DNA of 63,251 nt, filler included, from Reclinomonas americana ATCC 50394 (lineage: Eukaryota): NCBI GenBank assembly GCA_048213135.1. It is 17 parts of 17 records of this genome, joined end to end, with 100 filler letters (N's around TTAATTAATTAA, not from the genome) between each part and the next. Parts side by side here need not be neighbours in the genome. Positions count along the whole stretch, not along the records: positions 58,698 to 61,938 come from AFZH01019909.1; positions 62,039 to 63,251 come from AFZH01019912.1; 15 more parts are not named here. One strand, written 5' to 3'. Under the pieces are notes generated by a model. The model did no database searches. It was not told the DNA's origin and was given only the letters and a program-made list of their open reading frames with translations. Every line of letters starts with the position of its first letter. Position 1 is the stretch's first letter. Shown here in pieces: positions 59,501 through 63,251 of the stretch. A program made the translations under genes and the position numbers.

Positions 59501-61938
59501 TTCTGTTGTCGGCGGTGCTAATGCTGCACTGTTCGGGATTGCTGGCTCCAACCTGGTGCTGCTGTCGGCTGGCCAGTCGGGTACCCATCTGCTTGTCACC
59601 GTGCGTGCCAGCGATGCCACCGGCGGGACATTTGATAAGACATTCACAGTTCGCGAGAGTTGCGTATGCCGCTGTGTGTTTGGTCAGCCAGGAGGGCGAG
59701 TGCTAATGTGTTCCTACTCCTCCTTGCACGTACAGGGAATGTGGCGCCGACTGCCGTGAGCTTGTCGGCGTCCACGTACACTCCTCCGACTGGAGCAGCG
59801 CACGCCGTCATTGGCACTCTGTCGACCACAGATGTAAACACCGGCGACTCGTTCACGTACCAGATCGTGGGTGGAGTGGACAGTGCGCTGTTTGAGATTG
59901 CCGGCTCGCAGCTGCGGTTCGTGGCGGCCGGTCAGCGCGGCAGCAACTTGAAGGTTGCAGTGCAGACTACGGATGCTGGTGGCGCCAAATATGCACAACT
60001 GTTTACGATCAGTGGCGGTGAGCTTGGTTTTGCGTGCTGTAGCGAATGAGCAAGTGATCGGCTTACATGTATTGTTTCCCTGCTCGCGTGCATCTCTCTG
60101 TCCATTGCAGCGACTCTCGCTCCGACGGACATTACGCTGTCGGCGGCGCAATATGTACCGGCGACCGGACTGAGCAACGTGGTCATAGGCGTGCTGTCAG
60201 CAACGGACGTCAATGCGCAGGACACCTTCACGTTTTCGATATCCGGTGGTCCCGATGGCGCACTGTTTGACATTGTTGGATCCAGTCTGGTGCTTCGCAA
60301 CCCACAACTCGCGGGCGATAACCTGCAAGTGGCTGTGCGAGTTGCAGATAGCTCGGGCAATACATTCTTCAAGACGCTGACTGTCAATCAAGGTGCGTGT
60401 TTCTGTAATGCGTGTTCGTGCGCGGCTGTACCTTTTGTCTCACGTGCCTTCGCCTGCTTTGCAGCCAATGTGTCTCCGACGGATATTTTGCTGTCTTCGA
60501 CACGATACGCACCACCCCTGGCCACGGGGTCGACTATTGGCCTGCTGAGCTCTGTGGACGACAATTGTTGCCAATCGTTTGTGTACACGGTTGTCGGTGG
60601 CGCCGACCAGGCCAAGTTTGCGATTGTCGGCAACGAGTTGCGGTCAGCCGTGGCCGGCTTGACGGGCAACAATCTGCAAGTGCAAGTCCAGACAAACGAT
60701 CAGCATGGTGGCACGCTGACAAAGACATTCACTATCAACGAAGGTGTGTGGGGGGTGCGCGCGTGATGCTTTTCGGTTGCAAGTGTAGCTCAAACCCACG
60801 TGCGACGCAGCCAACGTGGCGCCGACCAACATCTCGCTTTCGGCCAACACGTACACGGCACCGACGGGCGCGGCGAATGTGGTTGTCGGAACGCTGTCTG
60901 TCACCGACGCGAACACTGGAGACTCGCACTTGCTGACCTTGGTGGGTGGTACGGACATCGGCCTGTTCAACATTTCGGGGACATCGCTGCGCATCAGTGC
61001 GGCCGGTCAGCGGGGATCTAGTCTGCGAGTGATTGTGCGTGCACAAGACAGCGGCGGCGCGACAGTGGACAAGTTGTTTACGATTGTGGACAGTTGCGCT
61101 GGCGTACGCGTGGGTGAGGGTGGTGGGTTGTCGATGCGCTTACTGTGTGTTTCCCTGTTGAATCCAACAGCACCGACGGCTCCGACGGACATCACCATCA
61201 CGGGACTAACGTACCTGCCGCCGACCGCCACAGGCAATGTGATGATTGGGTCGCTGGTGGCAGTGGACAGTAACGCGACGGACTCGTATGTGTTCTCTGT
61301 GCCGCCCATGTCGCCAGTGGACATTGTCGGCAATCAGCTGCGAGTGACCAACGCGGGAACGTCAGGAGCGCTGAGCTTCACGGTGACGGTGACGGATGCG
61401 GCAGGCTTGACATTCTCCAAGATGTTCTCAATCCAGGAGGGTGAGTGGTGCACTGCAAGGCGCCAACGCGTCGACGTTAGCTGGCACTGATTACAGTTCT
61501 CCCCCACAGCCAATGTCCCTCCAAGTGATGTGACAATCTCGTCGGCCAAGTATACACTTCCAGCAGCGATGAATGCTGTGGTTGGAGTATTGTCGGCGGT
61601 GGATAGCAACTGCTGTCAGACGTACACATATAGCATCGTGGGCGGCGCCGATGCAGCCGTGTTCAACATCAGCGGCAACCAGCTGCGTCTGAATGGAGCT
61701 GCCGGTGCGACTGGCGCCGATCTGGTGGTGATTGTGCGGGTGGACGACGGAATGGGCGGGACATATGACAAGACGATGACGATTACTGCTGGTTTGTGTG
61801 GGTATTTTTCGACACTAGGAAGTCAGACTTGTTGGGGGGCAGATAGTGTGTATTTGTATGTGTGTGCTTGTATTTTTACCCGAACTGACGTTGCCTTGCA
61901 GCGAATGCGGCTCCGACGGACATTGTGCTGTCGAGTAT
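44598..61938 (+). CDS. Giant extracellular protein: NHL beta-propeller + short FN3-like segment + ~45 cadherin-like ~95-aa repeats, one per exon; both ends lost in gaps
   Basis: NHL motifs include LYVADPGNRTIR, ARFTTPSGM, ADRGTHSIRAI and ARFNTPHSI. VSGLMSGRTYYYAPVAT follows. Repeat consensus: NVAPTDIALSATTYTPPTTANLVIGxLSTTDANSAQTFTYTIVGGANAAMFNISGAQLRITTAGQNGTGLVVIVRSTDSGSGSLFFDKTFTINE, with a phase-1 intron after each copy. Confidence 0.9.
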
Positions 61939-62039
61939 NNNNNNNNNNNNNNNNNNNNNNNNNNNNNNNNNNNNNNNNNNNNTTAATTAATTAANNNNNN
62001 NNNNNNNNNNNNNNNNNNNNNNNNNNNNNNNNNNNNNNA

Positions 62040-62530
62040 AAAACTGGAGGTGAGGGCGATTGTGAGAGAATGAGAACCGATGTGCGAGATGCAAGATGCA
62101 GGAGGAGAAGTGTCGTGGGTCGGAGATGTAGTAGAGGAAGGAAGAGATGTGAAAAACTCGAGCTGTGCGAGCGGATAGTGGATTGATTGTAGGATGAGAG
62201 TATCGATAGCCAGAGGGAAGAAAGGAAAGTGGTTATGAAGAACAGGCTGAGAAGAGGAGAAGAACAAACAGTGGGTCTGAAATTGTGTTGGCCAAAGAAG
62301 AGAGGGCGATTGTGAGCGAATGAGCGAGACACAAGATGCCGAAGACGTGTTGCGGGCCAGAGATGCAGTAGAGGAAGGAAGGGGTGTGCGCATGTGTCCA
62401 AATGTGTGGAGAGCCAGAGCCGTGCGTGAGCTGTTCCTATGGCGGATAGCGGAAGAGGATTGATTGTAGGATGAAGGAAGAGTGTCGACAGTCAGAGAGT
62501 GGTCGTGAAGAACAGGCTGCAGCGTTGGGA
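62040..62530. repeat. Two diverged ~250-bp purine-rich tandem units, probably intronic
   Basis: GAGGGCGATTGTGAG at ~62052 and ~62302. GGATTGATTGTAGGATGA and TGAAGAACAGGCTG each occur twice in the same order. Confidence 0.7.
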
Positions 62531-62603
62531 ATGTGTTCGAAGCAGCCAATGCTGGGAAGAGATTTTCTGTGTGTATACTCAACCGGGTTCTGTCGCATTG
62601 CAG

Positions 62604-63217
62604 CCCGCCGCCCACGTGTACAAGCCCGTCAAAGAGGTGCATCTGCAGCATGTTGCGCTCGGCCATGACACGGTCCTGGGATTCGGCGTGGGACTGCATG
62701 TTGTGCGAGCAGTGGAGGGCGTGTCGGCGTATGCTGCAGTTGCACACCCGTCAAAAGTGTGTGTGCGTGGACGACGTGTGAGCTTACATTGCTCTTTGTC
62801 GTCGATTCTACTCGTTTGTTGCAGCCCGTACTCGGCATGCAGGCGTCTCCATCGCTGGTCGTGCTTGATCGCGTGCTCTTTGTCAACTGCGCCAAGACAG
62901 TTGAGACTGATCCGACGCTGAGCGACGCGAATGCAACATCAGCCGTGTCTGTGGAGCGACGCGGCGGCACCACCGAGAGCACCCTCTTGCTTCCACACGG
63001 TGCAGCATACGGAAAGGAAATTGCGGCGCAAGTGGACAGCGGCAACGCTGCCGGCTCGTCCATTGCGCAGCTGTGGCGTCGTGCTCTGCGGCGCAATCTG
63101 CCGTTCGCTTTCAAGATTGCTGGTCGCTTTATGTGCGTCATTTTGGCTGTGGCCATGTCGGTGGCCACCGTGACTACCATCACCAAATTCCGCACTCAAG
63201 AGGAGGACATGGCGGTG
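62604..63217 (+). CDS. Two internal exons of an unknown protein with one hydrophobic segment; possibly the membrane-proximal end of the cadherin-like giant protein
   Basis: Open frames PAAHVYKPVK...HPSK and PVLGMQ...FMCVILAVAMSVATVTTITKFRTQEEDMAV, bounded by AG/GT and ending in G|GTGAGT. Confidence 0.45.
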
Positions 63218-63251
63218 GTGAGTATTTCATGTGGGCGCGAGAGTGGAAGGA

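Noticed and set aside
46064..61938. ~355-bp periodic array as CRISPR or satellite DNA
   Set aside because: The conserved part is protein-coding with synonymous variation, and the variable part has GT...AG ends, so it is an exon/intron array.

Overview
Intron-dense genomic DNA from a microbial eukaryote (GC-rich, many GT/CA/GA microsatellites, standard genetic code). It consists of 17 contig pieces joined by 16 artificial 100-bp spacers (44 N + TTAATTAATTAA + 44 N). The ORF track is misleading because genes are broken by ~55-80-nt spliceosomal introns, so I rebuilt gene models by hand using conserved protein motifs across junctions. About 16 genes are present: a NACHT-pentapeptide-WD40 (NLR-like) protein ending in a CaaX box, mitochondrial ABCB7/ATM1, a small LEA-like protein, PNISR-like, NOT2-like, an amino-acid permease, CLoG1-like, a C2-domain protein, a DHYC-type palmitoyltransferase, an ABCG transporter, several hypotheticals, a secreted KP-43/Tag-type subtilisin carrying EGF, Trp-rich and triple H-type-lectin-like modules, and a giant NHL plus ~45x cadherin-like repeat protein with one repeat per exon. 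The most striking observation is a second, very common class of 5' splice site. It reads H|GTTNCGY, i.e. the normal donor motif displaced by +1 nt, and it is seen in over 30 frame-checked introns, always where the exon does not end in G. All identifications come from motif recognition only; no searches were run.
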